A stretch of 63,951 nucleotides of DNA, filler included, from an uncultured Methanosarcinales archaeon (GTDB lineage: Archaea > Nanobdellota > Nanobdellia > Woesearchaeales > CALCXY01): assembly GCA_964385185.1 (NCBI GenBank). It is 4 parts of 4 records of this genome, joined end to end, with 100 filler letters (N's around TTAATTAATTAA, not from the genome) between each part and the next. Parts side by side here need not be neighbours in the genome. Positions count along the whole stretch, not along the records: positions 1 to 21,160 come from CAYLOA010000021.1; positions 21,261 to 41,078 come from CAYLOA010000022.1; 2 more parts are not named here. One strand, 5' to 3'. The position numbers were made by a program, and so were the translations under genes. Of this stretch, positions 19,729-29,978 are shown one piece after another. Position 1 is the stretch's first letter. Every line of letters begins with the position of its first letter. Below the pieces are notes generated by a model. That model searched no databases, had not been told where the DNA came from, and saw only the letters and a program-made list of their open reading frames with translations.

Positions 19729-20661
19729 TTACTTGCAACCTACTGCAACTTCGTCAGCATAACACGTTTGTGTAAATGAAAGAGTGCATTGAGGGGTAAT
19801 AAGTCGATTGAAGATAACATTCTTGACTGTGCATGACTCCTGGGCATAAGGAACATCTGACAATATATTGTGAGATTTGGTCGTGCATGATTGCCCCACA
19901 CTATTGCACTGACTATTTGATGTACAAAACATACAATTAAATGTACAGGTTGTGGGGATTGTTTCACTATATACACCGTATTGAGTCCAGCCAGCTGGGC
20001 AAAAATTGTGTGTACCAGTTAATCCATTCTTTCCATTGATAACTGCGAACCTGCAAAGTAATTGACCTGCTCCACCCCCTCCAGAATTTGCATGTGTCTT
20101 TGCAATAGTTCCCCCTTGTGCTATACATTCATCAACAGAATGCCCTCTGTGAAGAAGGCATTTTGAACATGGACCTCCACAATCTGTGCCTGTTTCTCCT
20201 TGGTTTTTAATTCTATCATCACAAGTGGCACATGGTTGGGTATTGCAAGCCTTAGTATCTGATCCAATACATGATTTTCCACCACAGGTAGGGGAAGGGT
20301 TGTTACATATTCTTGTTTGAGTGCCACCTCCACATGTTACAGAACAAGAACTATACTCTTCACTCCAACCACCATCAACAACTGAACCGCAATCGGAGGG
20401 AGTATTTATTGTATCACTGGTGATTGGAGCATTTTCACTTTGAAGATTTGGAGGTGTTAATGAAAGGGGAGTTAATTCTGTATCATGTTCAAAATTTACA
20501 ATACCGAAATTCGGTGCTTCCGAGATGGGGAAAGTTCCAAGAGGAACACCCAAGTATACTTGAAAAGGGTGCTGGAGTTGTAAAGCTGATATATGATTAG
20601 CATCGATTGGTATAATAAACAATGCTAAAATTATGAAACATATGAATATTATCTTTTTCAT
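19729..20661 (-). CDS. Secreted Cys-rich protein with thrombospondin type-1 repeat
   Basis: Signal peptide; VDGGWSEEYSSCSVTCGGGTQTRICNNPSP; CDDRIKNQGETGTDCGGPC; CPAGW C-terminal domain. Confidence 0.85.
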   Translation of the reverse strand: MKKIIFICFIILALFIIPIDANHISALQLQHPFQVYLGVPLGTFPISEAPNFGIVNFEHDTELTPLSLTPPNLQSENAPITSDTINTPSDCGSVVDGGWSEEYSSCSVTCGGGTQTRICNNPSPTCGGKSCIGSDTKACNTQPCATCDDRIKNQGETGTDCGGPCSKCLLHRGHSVDECIAQGGTIAKTHANSGGGGAGQLLCRFAVINGKNGLTGTHNFCPAGWTQYGVYSETIPTTCTFNCMFCTSNSQCNSVGQSCTTKSHNILSDVPYAQESCTVKNVIFNRLITPQCTLSFTQTCYADEVAVGCK

Positions 20662-20686
20662 AAAATTACACCCAGTTGTTTAGTTA

Positions 20687-21160
20687 TCAATTTAATTTTC
20701 TTATGTTCAAACGTGTGTAGACTGGTCCACTATGATAAAAATAAGATGTAGGCTTTTGATGCTTAACATCTAAGCTTATAATATCATTAGCATTGAAATA
20801 ACCAATATAATTAACATGACGGTCATCCCAGCTGAGCTGAGTGCTAATGTGACCATGATCAACTTCTATATTCTTTCCGTTATTTTTTAGGAAAAAATGA
20901 CCATAATCGTCTATCGGGACATAGACAAGGGTACGTGCAGTGATTTGATAGTATCCTGCCTTTTTTATAGTAATTCCTTGATTGTCACTTCTTTTCTCAA
21001 AGTAGTCTTGGTTAGTATTGTATTGTTCGACATCTAGTGTGATGTTTTTAATAGTATTAGCTGCCTGATTCCTTAGATGAGCACTAGGATGTCATTGTCC
21101 CATAATCGGTGTTGCCAGGACAGAACCAGCAGATTCAATATTCCCATCCTCATCAAATTG
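20687..21160 (-). pseudogene. C-terminal part of a C1q/TNF-like beta-sandwich surface protein, in-frame TGA at 21092-21094
   Basis: 157-codon frame from contig edge: ...PIMGQ*HPSAH...GITIKKAGYYQITARTLV...YFNANDIISL...TRLNIRKLN. Confidence 0.6.
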
Positions 21161-21260
21161 NNNNNNNNNNNNNNNNNNNNNNNNNNNNNNNNNNNNNNNN
21201 NNNNTTAATTAATTAANNNNNNNNNNNNNNNNNNNNNNNNNNNNNNNNNNNNNNNNNNNN
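21161..21260. other. Artificial contig linker
   Basis: N-run with TTAATTAATTAA (six-frame stops); same at 41079-41178 and 60376-60475. Confidence 0.97.
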
Positions 21261-21391
21261 CAGAACAACAAATTGCAAAATGGGCAAGAGCCTTATGATC
21301 TGGACGAGGACACACATCTCCCAGTTATAGGACAGGATATAATTTTGGTTAGTAACAACATTAATAAACCCATTTCTTTTATTATTACTTT

Positions 21392-21622
21392 ATGACAAAA
21401 TACTGGTTTAAACCTAAAAAATACGGCTATGGAGCAATGCCTTCATCCTGGGAAGGTTGGTCATTTACCATTCTATTCATACTATTCGTATTATACAGAG
21501 TAAACAAGCAAGATCATATGGTCATGCTCTACCTTGAATTAATTGTTTCAGCTATAATCCTTATAGTCATTTCCAAAAAGAAGACAGATGGTGTTTGGAA
21601 ATGGCGTTGGGGAAAAGAGTAG
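21392..21622 (+). CDS. Small 2-TM membrane protein
   Basis: WFKPKKYGYGAMPSSWEGW N-terminus, WRWG C-terminus. Confidence 0.8.
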   Translation: MTKYWFKPKKYGYGAMPSSWEGWSFTILFILFVLYRVNKQDHMVMLYLELIVSAIILIVISKKKTDGVWKWRWGKE

Positions 21623-21654
21623 TATTAATAACTATGCAATAACTTCTATCCTAT

Positions 21655-22026
21655 ATGAGTACAGGTAAACTGAGTGAACAAGATGACTTAAACTCAATTT
21701 TTGTTAGAAATAAAACAAGAAAGAAATTGAAATGTTTAGGTTGTGGAAAAGAGTTTTTGACAGATATATGTCATAGATTTTGTAGTACTTGTAAGAAACG
21801 AAATGGTCGGAAAGGAGATACTTCAAAATATGAAACTAGATCTCATTCAGAACTTGACTTTAATCCAAATTCACCTCTAAAAAGCTTATACGAACGAGTA
21901 ATAGATTATACAAACGGCCTATATACATCCACAACGAGCACTCCACCTTCTGGCAATACATTATTCCAAATACCCTCAAGAAGGAACAGAACCACAAATC
22001 CTACCCAAATAAAGTACGTTTTATAA
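21655..22026 (+). CDS. Small zinc-finger protein
   Basis: CLGCGKEFLTDICHRFCSTC. Confidence 0.75.
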   Translation: MSTGKLSEQDDLNSIFVRNKTRKKLKCLGCGKEFLTDICHRFCSTCKKRNGRKGDTSKYETRSHSELDFNPNSPLKSLYERVIDYTNGLYTSTTSTPPSGNTLFQIPSRRNRTTNPTQIKYVL

Positions 22027-22181
22027 AGAAGTAATAAATTCTATATTATATGACCCTCCTTCGAATATTGCCACTCCCCCCTATGCCCAAAGACAGCATC
22101 CTGCATATTTAATTGCCATACCTAATTTAAGTAAATCTACAACACCATAGATTTTATATATCTTAACTTCTAAAGGTAATT

Positions 22182-22508
22182 ATGCCTACTGTCAAAGAAT
22201 CAGATGAACAAAAAAAATGGCTCAGATGTCTTAGATGTAATAAACAAATGTGGACTGATAGATGCCACAGAATTTGTGTAAAATGTCAGAGAAGAAATAA
22301 TGCGCAGCATGTTAAAGATGTCGTTGCAATTGCAGAACCAGGTAAACCATCTACTGCCTCATATACAACAGAGACGAAATCTTCACTTTATTTTCAAAAC
22401 CCTTTCTACTCACCTAAAGAGGCTGAATCTATGGCAGACAGAGTAAAAGGTTCATTTGTTATGAGTTTTTTTTATAGAAGTAATAGAAGACAAAAATTAT
22501 ACAGATAG
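22182..22508 (+). CDS. Small zinc-finger protein (paralogue of 21655 ORF)
   Basis: CLRCNKQMWTDRCHRICVKC. Confidence 0.75.
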   Translation: MPTVKESDEQKKWLRCLRCNKQMWTDRCHRICVKCQRRNNAQHVKDVVAIAEPGKPSTASYTTETKSSLYFQNPFYSPKEAESMADRVKGSFVMSFFYRSNRRQKLYR

Positions 22509-24239
22509 GTAATTAGTAATTCTTCCGGCATGACTATTAAGTGGATTTTTAGAATTTCCTTTCATGGCATCGTGAATGACAGCCACCTGTCTATTCATTT
22601 TCTCTATAGACCCATATAGATGTCCATTCTTTTTCATCATAGCCAAAATATTTGAATCCACTTCCACAGGAGTATTTAAAAAATCTTTTGCATTTTCGGC
22701 AACTCTCACATTCCGATCCATTTCTCCTCGAATATCGTCCACAATTTTTCTCATATTATCTTCAAAACTGTATTGCCGAAAGTCTGAATTCTCTCGTGCA
22801 TACATAATAAAGTCAAAGGGTCTAATCATCTTTTTCACTTCAGGATCATCATAATCAAATGGATATACACCATGTGATGTATCTACAGCTCTAGCTTCAA
22901 CGGTCCCCTCTTCTGTTAATCTTAGTGCATATCCGATTGTCCAATCTTCTCCCTTCACTATAACTTCGTTACCATACAAATTTCCCCAGGCATCATGTAC
23001 ATTTTGTGCACTTTCACCATCATACAATCTCACCATATCACTTAAGGTGGTAGCCGTTAGTGGAGTTGGCTTCCAGGATTCGCTTTGCCTTACACCACCA
23101 AAAAAACTTAATATATTTGGAGCAGTTTCTCGAGTACGTGAACCTGCCAAATCTTCGGCATATTCTGCAAGCTCTTCTGCTGATTTGCTACTTACCTGAC
23201 CATCTTGCTTATCGTAAGAATCGATTAAACTCTCGGCCCCTTTTGCAATTTCATGCAAATCTTCAGTAAGATCATTATTAAATTTTCCATTCTCTATAGC
23301 AATATTACCACTCAAAAGACCTCTAATCTTTGCATTTAACTCAAGACTTGAGGGTACACCCTCTGGGAACATTCCTTCAGCTAATTTGATATTTCTAGCA
23401 TCGGCCATATTCTTGGTAACATATTCGTGAACAATTACTTGATCTTTTAGATCTAGGCCACTGTAAGAATCTCCCAAAAGTTCAATTAAATTGTATGCAC
23501 CTAAATCACCTACCCGGTCGACACCTGCCTTTCGGTATTCATTCGCTCGATTAAATTCTTCCCCAAAGCTTAAAGATTCATATTCTTCTTGTAACTCATT
23601 ATCATGGAACAATAATGCTAGATCCATAATACATGTAGAGGATACTTGAGACAATGCTCCCTCCTGATTAACTCGTTTATACATCATCTGCAAAGCTGAC
23701 GTTCGTTCCTTTACATCCTCCATGGAGCCCAACTTCTCTCCAAAATCACCTAAATCCTTATTGGTTAAAGCATTTGGTGGAGTAGGAGCCCTATATGATC
23801 CCAATCCATCACCTTGTTGAAATATGGCCCTTCTAGGATTAAAATACCATGAATTAGATAGAACATCAGGTTCACTCGTTTGAGGTTTCCTAATCTTCTC
23901 ACGTTCATGTCGAGGAATGCAAACTTCTATAGCATCCAAAGATGACAATTGTTCATGAATCATGCTATGAAAATAGGCATCGACTACTGCAGTTTTTTTA
24001 AAGAAATCAATGTTAAGATCACTTAAATCCAAAATTTCGGCAAAATCAGAGGAATCATCACCATGTCCTCCAAACAAATATGAACACACCTGAGGAGTCA
24101 ATCTAACCTCTCCAATATCATCAAGTAAAGGTTGCATCTTCTGCAACATTAAAACCATCTCTTTTTGAGCACTTAAAACATTAGAATCATTAAAATCAAA
24201 TGTTGTAGTTTCTGCAACAGCCATTTCAATTGAAATCAC
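22497..24239 (-). CDS. Hypothetical protein
   Basis: 580-aa ORF, no motif recognised; likely start MAVAET. Confidence 0.8.
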   Translation of the reverse strand: MISIEMAVAETTTFDFNDSNVLSAQKEMVLMLQKMQPLLDDIGEVRLTPQVCSYLFGGHGDDSSDFAEILDLSDLNIDFFKKTAVVDAYFHSMIHEQLSSLDAIEVCIPRHEREKIRKPQTSEPDVLSNSWYFNPRRAIFQQGDGLGSYRAPTPPNALTNKDLGDFGEKLGSMEDVKERTSALQMMYKRVNQEGALSQVSSTCIMDLALLFHDNELQEEYESLSFGEEFNRANEYRKAGVDRVGDLGAYNLIELLGDSYSGLDLKDQVIVHEYVTKNMADARNIKLAEGMFPEGVPSSLELNAKIRGLLSGNIAIENGKFNNDLTEDLHEIAKGAESLIDSYDKQDGQVSSKSAEELAEYAEDLAGSRTRETAPNILSFFGGVRQSESWKPTPLTATTLSDMVRLYDGESAQNVHDAWGNLYGNEVIVKGEDWTIGYALRLTEEGTVEARAVDTSHGVYPFDYDDPEVKKMIRPFDFIMYARENSDFRQYSFEDNMRKIVDDIRGEMDRNVRVAENAKDFLNTPVEVDSNILAMMKKNGHLYGSIEKMNRQVAVIHDAMKGNSKNPLNSHAGRITNYLSV

Positions 24240-24306
24240 ATATAATTATATAAATATTTTGTATAAATAACAAGTCTTTATAAAGCAAATTATCCTCCGT
24301 ATTTCT

Positions 24307-25182
24307 ATGGTTTTATCACTTAAAGAAATTGAAGCATTGGATAGTATACAAGCTTATCTTAACAACAGACTTACATTTGAGTGGCTTAAATTGCGAACTT
24401 CTTGGGTTGGAGATAGATGGTTACAGAATGGAGATGAGCATTATGATACTCTTGCAATACCCATAGAATTTAGTAGAAGATCTGAACAAGAAGGTTATGG
24501 ATTAATCCGTCATACAGCAAAAGAATTGTATGGTCTTCCCCCTAAGTCTAGAGTATATGTTAAGGGACTTCATGAAATTGCTAATTGCACCATGAATCCC
24601 ATTAGGGTGACTGCTGATATTGAAGGATCCGAACAACAGTTTTTTATTAAAGACCCAGAACCAAAAAGATTCTATGGTAAGGCCTTTTATAATATTCTTA
24701 TGGATGGAAAATTTATAAATTTTCGAGCCAATGGTGGATGTGTCGTCTCCCAACATGTTCCAGGAACAGTATTTGAAGATATCTCTGAAAATGATTACAA
24801 TCACAATAACTTCTGGAGAAATAAGGCAAGATTAGATGTTTTCATGAATCTCATTCTTCTATATGATGTAGTGGGGAAGGAAAGAAATTATTCTGTGGAC
24901 ACAGATGGAAATATCCATCTTCTTGATTTTAATCAAAGTCTTCAGGAAGGAGATCACTCATTTTATGATGATACTGAAGTTAAGTCAAGATCTGAATTAC
25001 AAGCACTAAGGAAAATAGAAGAGGGAAAAATCCTTACAGCATATCGGAGAAATCCTCGTACTATTCAATTATTTTACGAAGCTCTAAAAGAAAATAATTT
25101 TGAAGAAGAGTTAGCCTATAGATTAGGTGAGCAAAGTATGGCAGATGTAGTACTTAAAAGAATTCAACAATTACAGACCTAA
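24307..25182 (+). CDS. Atypical protein-kinase-like (PI3K/HipA-type fold) protein
   Basis: FFIK, SQHVPG hinge, LLYD..ERNY catalytic-loop-like segment, LLDF. Confidence 0.55.
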   Translation: MVLSLKEIEALDSIQAYLNNRLTFEWLKLRTSWVGDRWLQNGDEHYDTLAIPIEFSRRSEQEGYGLIRHTAKELYGLPPKSRVYVKGLHEIANCTMNPIRVTADIEGSEQQFFIKDPEPKRFYGKAFYNILMDGKFINFRANGGCVVSQHVPGTVFEDISENDYNHNNFWRNKARLDVFMNLILLYDVVGKERNYSVDTDGNIHLLDFNQSLQEGDHSFYDDTEVKSRSELQALRKIEEGKILTAYRRNPRTIQLFYEALKENNFEEELAYRLGEQSMADVVLKRIQQLQT

Positions 25183-25463
25183 TCCCTTTCTTTAACCTTT
25201 TCAGTAACCTTCTTAAAAGTCTCAATCTGCTTTTCAGTCAAATTGCCATAACGAAGATAATTAATTTTAATACTTCTTAGAAATGCACTTTTTTTATACA
25301 ACGCTTCAGAAATGCCAAGCAACTTTTTCATCTTAGGATCTTTAATCTCTCCCTTAAGATCATCCTTCTGACAATCCCAACAGACAGGAAACTTTGTTTT
25401 CCATGTGATAGTAACATACTTCTTTTTGCATTTACTACACAAGTGCTTATAGGTAATAGGCAT
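25179..25463 (-). CDS. Small zinc-ribbon protein
   Basis: CSKC...CWDC; C-terminal YGNLTEKQ. Confidence 0.75.
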   Translation of the reverse strand: MPITYKHLCSKCKKKYVTITWKTKFPVCWDCQKDDLKGEIKDPKMKKLLGISEALYKKSAFLRSIKINYLRYGNLTEKQIETFKKVTEKVKERD

Positions 25464-25508
25464 ACTATTTTAATGAATGTCATAGTATATTAATGCTTGG
25501 GTTATAGG

Positions 25509-25871
25509 TTATATATACTGTTTGATGTTATTAACAAATCGTTCACAAGATTCATCATCACCTTCTATGGGAGTCATGAGGACATCGTTGACACCCCAAG
25601 GCATATAGAGGCTTCCTGAAACGGAAGAGAGCAACAAAATACTCCCATCATAATCCAATCGTTCCCTTACAATCCTCGAAATCTCTGGTGATTTTTCATT
25701 TAATACATAATGACTGTCCATCACCAAAGCTTTATATCTCTCATGAGCAAACTGCTCCAATGCTTGTATAGGATCATCCCCTGGAGTTGCCCCTTCATTA
25801 CTTATCCCAGCTTCATCTAGAATATCCTGAATGGCTTGATAATCATCTCTGAATATGAATACATCGATCAT
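25509..25871 (-). CDS. Degenerate receiver (REC) domain protein
   Basis: FRDD, ALVMD, ILLLSS, GVNDVLMTP (conserved Lys absent); start moved to MIDVF to avoid tRNA overlap. Confidence 0.55.
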   Translation of the reverse strand: MIDVFIFRDDYQAIQDILDEAGISNEGATPGDDPIQALEQFAHERYKALVMDSHYVLNEKSPEISRIVRERLDYDGSILLLSSVSGSLYMPWGVNDVLMTPIEGDDESCERFVNNIKQYI

Positions 25872-25967
25872 AATATTGTAAATACAGAATTCTTTATATT
25901 GATTTCTAGCATTAATCTCACGACACTTCGAAAACCTTATAAAAAGAATGAAAAACATATATACTAT

Positions 25968-26042
25968 GCCCCTGTAGTGTAGTCCGGCCAATCATTTTGC
26001 CCTCTCACGGCAAAGACTCGGGTTCAAATCCCGACAGAGGCG
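25968..26042 (+). tRNA. tRNA-Glu(CTC), intronless
   Basis: TTGCC-CTCTCAC-GGCAA anticodon arm, TTCAAAT T-loop, upstream TTATAAAA; one C-A mismatch in acceptor stem. Confidence 0.93.
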
Positions 26043-26169
26043 TCTAAGGAATAAGCTAAGCTTATTCCTTAATTCCCACTTCTATCGATTTGAAAAAATA
26101 TACATTATGTTATTTAAAATAACACTCAAGAATATTCTCTAAAAAATTTGAAATAGGAATCACAAACGA

Positions 26170-27150
26170 TTATTTCTTTCGTTCATTAAATACCTGGTTA
26201 TTATATTTAAACTGCCGCAAGGTCATTAGATAGACAGTCCCATCAGGACATGGTGTCCCAAACTCTTTTGTAGGCCGAGTGTACTTAACTACAACCTCAT
26301 CGTCAGGCGTAAAACCAAGAGCTTCAACGATACCCTCACTTCTTGCTATACAACTCGTATGATCTCCATTATGGTCAAACATGATGTAATGATCCTTTTT
26401 CACACCAGGAGATATTTGTAAATTTGAAAAGTTGTATTGATTGAATTGTTGTGGTATGGGTTCGAGATTCATAACTTTTACCCATTTAGATCCTCTCAAG
26501 ATCCCTTTGTCTCCGATATTTAGCCTTCCTGAAGTGGTCCAGACACTTTTTGGTGAATTTCCTTCAAGAACATTTGCTACCTTCTCAAATAAGTGTTGTG
26601 TGTCGTTCATTTTAGCTGCATATGATGCTGTTAGATTTGTAAAATCCTGAACGCCGATCCTGTACCGAACTCCGCTTGGACAAGGTGTACCCATACTGGA
26701 TCCAGGAGATGCATATTCTACAATTAGATCGTCATCCATTCCAATTTCTATCACTTTTATTTTTCCACCAGTTTCGACTCCACAAGGTTCCCCTTTGGAG
26801 ATAAACTTACTACCATTAGAATATTTTTGCTCTAAAGGTTCTTCATTCAACAGATGGACCCATTCTCAACCTGGAATAACTGCGATATCCCCTACAGAAA
26901 TATTTGATAAAAGTTCAAGATCAGAATACCCTTTAGGATTAAATTTTTTAATTATTTGGTTATCATGATGCTTTGGTTCATATACAGGTTTAGTAGGCAA
27001 AAATAGGAGCCGTCCCAAAGTCATAGTTGTTAAAATCATTGTATACGTCAGAAATCTTTTTGAGCCCCATCGTTGATCGTACCTCAAAACAGCTTCATCA
27101 TAATCTTGATTAGATGTATCTCCATTTTGACAAATTGTTTTATTTATCAT
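26170..27150 (-). pseudogene. Membrane-anchored two-repeat protein (GTPCPxG repeats) split by in-frame TGA at 26866-26868
   Basis: Track ORFs 26866..27171 and 26170..26850 share a frame; ISVGDIAVIPG*EWVHLLNEEP aligns with second repeat LNIGDKGILRGSKWVKVMNLEP. Confidence 0.75.
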
Positions 27151-27261
27151 ACAAATAAGTGGTAAATTCAAGTATTTAAATATATCGATATTCGTTCCTG
27201 AATAGTAACAACAAAGAAATGTAATGGAAATGGAGGTTACAAATAATTCATATAGTAATTA

Positions 27262-28863
27262 TTACTCCATCCTTCTCAACTTCAAGAAACTAAAACCCAT
27301 TATCCCAGCTAATAAAATAGCCAACACTACAATAATAATCAATATATGTCCACTCAATTCTGAAGGACTTTCACTCACTTCAACAGGTTTTTCTCCTAAT
27401 CGTTCAATTTCAACCTTTTTCTCTTCTTTCTTCGCACTTCCTGCAGTAGACGTAACTACTTGCTCACTCTCCTCAACTTTTTCAACTTCAGCCTTAGCTT
27501 TTTCCTGCTGACCTTCTAAATCTGGGATAGCAAACAAATACTCAGTATATTCCCCTGTCAAATGTTCCCCAGTATACGTATCATAATTCCAAGTAACCGT
27601 AATCTCAACATCAAAGGTACTAGAAACATCTGGCCAATCTACCTTCCTATCTAAAATTGAAATGGAAGCATTATTACTAATCTCTAAATCTCGAAAACTC
27701 ACAGGCTCAAATTCTTTATAGTTTGCAGAGATATCAATATTCAAATTTTTAAACCCAAATGCTGTAGGATTACTTAAATTAAATTTAACAGGTACTTTGC
27801 TTCCAGCACCATACTGATAGGTAGAAAAATTACTAATAAGTACCAACTCTGGTTTTTTTATCTCAAGCGGTTTAGTATTTTCAATATTCAAATCAATTCC
27901 ATTAAATACAAAGTCAATGGAAGCAACCACATCACCCGTCCCAGAGGTAACTCCTTTCAACTCCAACCATAAACTCCGTGTTTTATTGGAACTAATAGGA
28001 CCACTCCAAATTAAATCCCTCCAAGCCACATCACGCCTAACAACTTCTACATTAGTCGGTAAACGTACTTCCAATTTCTTAATCTCAAGTTGTTTTTTCT
28101 GCGTATTTGTAATATTAAGAAAATACATAAAATTCTCTTGTAGGGTAACATCTTCTCCTCCACCAGTAACAATATCAAAAAATTCATTCTTTATTTCAAA
28201 AGTAATTGCCCCTGTTTCCTTTTCTTTTTTTACAATACCATTATTAAATTTTAAAGTTGCCCGAGATTTTAATTCAACAGGATTCTTAATTTTAATCCGG
28301 TACTTACATTTGTGCTCTGCACCGGATTTAAGCTCTCCTTTCCAGGTAATCCCTGCAACACCTCTAGTACATTTTCCATCATTACTTACAATCTCAATCT
28401 CAGCTGGAAATGAATCACTATATTCAATATCTTTGACCGTAGCATCAGAAGGATTCTTAATAGATACTGTAATATCAGACTCATCCCCAATTTCAATATC
28501 TCTATCGACCAATTTCCGAACAATATCTAAATCAGATACATCTTGTTCCACCGTGATTTCAACTTTATAGCTTAATTTTTGAGATTCATAGTCATAATCA
28601 CCATCTTCATAACCAAGAAAGCATATAGTCATTTTGACTTGAGAGAAACATTGTTCCAAGTCAACAATAGAAGTGGTATCACCATACTTAACAACTACTT
28701 TAGTAGGGGGAATACCGTATGACTGTGCAGTTAAATTGATTCCATCAAGTTCCACACTATCTGATGGGTTTAATTTTCCATTAAAGATTTCTTCTTTTAC
28801 TCCAGAAACGGTTTGAATACACACTAATATAAGTAATAAAACAAGTAACCTCTTTTTATCCAT
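27262..28863 (-). CDS. Cell-surface multi-Ig-like (DUF11/S-layer-like) protein
   Basis: Signal peptide, beta-rich repeats (ITVSIKN...YSDSFP...ITWKG), C-terminal TM anchor. Confidence 0.8.
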   Translation of the reverse strand: MDKKRLLVLLLILVCIQTVSGVKEEIFNGKLNPSDSVELDGINLTAQSYGIPPTKVVVKYGDTTSIVDLEQCFSQVKMTICFLGYEDGDYDYESQKLSYKVEITVEQDVSDLDIVRKLVDRDIEIGDESDITVSIKNPSDATVKDIEYSDSFPAEIEIVSNDGKCTRGVAGITWKGELKSGAEHKCKYRIKIKNPVELKSRATLKFNNGIVKKEKETGAITFEIKNEFFDIVTGGGEDVTLQENFMYFLNITNTQKKQLEIKKLEVRLPTNVEVVRRDVAWRDLIWSGPISSNKTRSLWLELKGVTSGTGDVVASIDFVFNGIDLNIENTKPLEIKKPELVLISNFSTYQYGAGSKVPVKFNLSNPTAFGFKNLNIDISANYKEFEPVSFRDLEISNNASISILDRKVDWPDVSSTFDVEITVTWNYDTYTGEHLTGEYTEYLFAIPDLEGQQEKAKAEVEKVEESEQVVTSTAGSAKKEEKKVEIERLGEKPVEVSESPSELSGHILIIIVVLAILLAGIMGFSFLKLRRME

Positions 28864-29692
28864 AATACATATAGCTCAAAAGCTTATATATTAATCTTGC
28901 TGATAATACGTTACAATGTTCTTGTCCTTCTCTTGGACACAATTCTACAACATCAAAGCCAATTATTTTCTTTTTTGCACTTACTTTCTTTAAAAATTTC
29001 AATAATTGCCAATATCCCATCCCTCCAGGCTCTGGAGTCCCCGTAGCAGGCATAATGGAAGGATCTAAGGCATCTAAGTCAATTGTAACATACACTTCTT
29101 CATCAAGTCTATCAACAGCCTTATCCATCCAAGAATCATCATCCATTATATCTTTGGCAAAGAACACATTATCATCTACCATATCCTTTCTTTCACCTTG
29201 AGAACAACTTCGAATACCTACTTGGACAAAAGGGCAGATGTCTTTAACTCTTGCCATAACAGAAGCATGTGAGAACTTTTCTCCTTTATATTCATCCAAT
29301 AAATCTGCATGTGCATCAATTTGTAACTTACACATTTTTGGAAATTTTTCTTTAAACGCTAAAACAGAACCAATACTGATGGAGTGTTCCCCACCCAATA
29401 AAACTACTTTTTTATCTTGAGAAAGTAGTTCAGAAACCCTTTTCTGAACGTTTTGCACCATCTCTGTTGCATCTTTTCCAGTAATGGGTTCATCTGTAAA
29501 GATTCCTTCTTTTACCACCTCAGAATCTGTTTCTATGTCATATGTTTCTAAATGTAAACTGGCATCGATAAGTGCCTCTGGCCCTTTATCTGCACCTTTC
29601 ATCCATGAGCTAGTACCATCAAAAACTACCGGAAGTATTACTATCTTAGCTTTATCTACATTATCAGCACTTCCACCTACGTATTGTTCCAT
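28856..29692 (-). CDS. speB: Agmatinase (ureohydrolase family)
   Basis: GGEHS, DAHAD, DLDALDP, TGTPEPGG; start at MEQYV. Confidence 0.92.
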   Translation of the reverse strand: MEQYVGGSADNVDKAKIVILPVVFDGTSSWMKGADKGPEALIDASLHLETYDIETDSEVVKEGIFTDEPITGKDATEMVQNVQKRVSELLSQDKKVVLLGGEHSISIGSVLAFKEKFPKMCKLQIDAHADLLDEYKGEKFSHASVMARVKDICPFVQVGIRSCSQGERKDMVDDNVFFAKDIMDDDSWMDKAVDRLDEEVYVTIDLDALDPSIMPATGTPEPGGMGYWQLLKFLKKVSAKKKIIGFDVVELCPREGQEHCNVLSARLIYKLLSYMYYG

Positions 29693-29750
29693 AGAAATAT
29701 AGACTCTGATATCTATTATAAAAGTATCGTTTAGGAAAAGTGTTAAGAAT

Positions 29751-29868
29751 AAAAAACGCCAACGCCCGGAACAACTACACAAGTTAGTTGACCCCTACTT
29801 CGGATTGGAGGATTTCACTTCGTTCAACCCTCTAATGCTCATGAAAAGAAAAAACGCCAACGCCCGGA
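29751..29868. repeat. 20-bp direct repeat of tRNA-Ser 3' end enclosing a 78-bp hairpin insert
   Basis: AAAAAACGCCAACGCCCGGA at 29751-29770 and 29849-29868. Confidence 0.88.
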
Positions 29869-29978
29869 TTTGAACCGGGACATCCGTGAGGAAACAACCG
29901 CTCCTCGCTTCACTCGGACCATTTCAGCCGAGCTGAAACTTTCCAGGGTTGCGCAGTACCAGGTTGTGCCACGTTGGC
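29855..29978 (-). tRNA. tRNA-Ser(GGA) with 40-nt anticodon-loop intron (about 29901-29940)
   Basis: GCCAACG/CGTTGGC acceptor, CAACC-CTGGAA[..]-GGTTG, long variable arm, G73; 84 nt after splicing. Confidence 0.9.

Noticed and set aside
21161..21260. TTAATTAATTAA palindrome recurring three times within N-runs
   Set aside because: Artificial contig linker; gene adjacency across it is meaningless, and ORFs ending in LIN are artefacts.
21092..26868. Genome-wide UGA reassignment
   Set aside because: TGA terminates conserved genes such as rpoH and ATGA-coupled genes, and an in-frame TAG case also exists.
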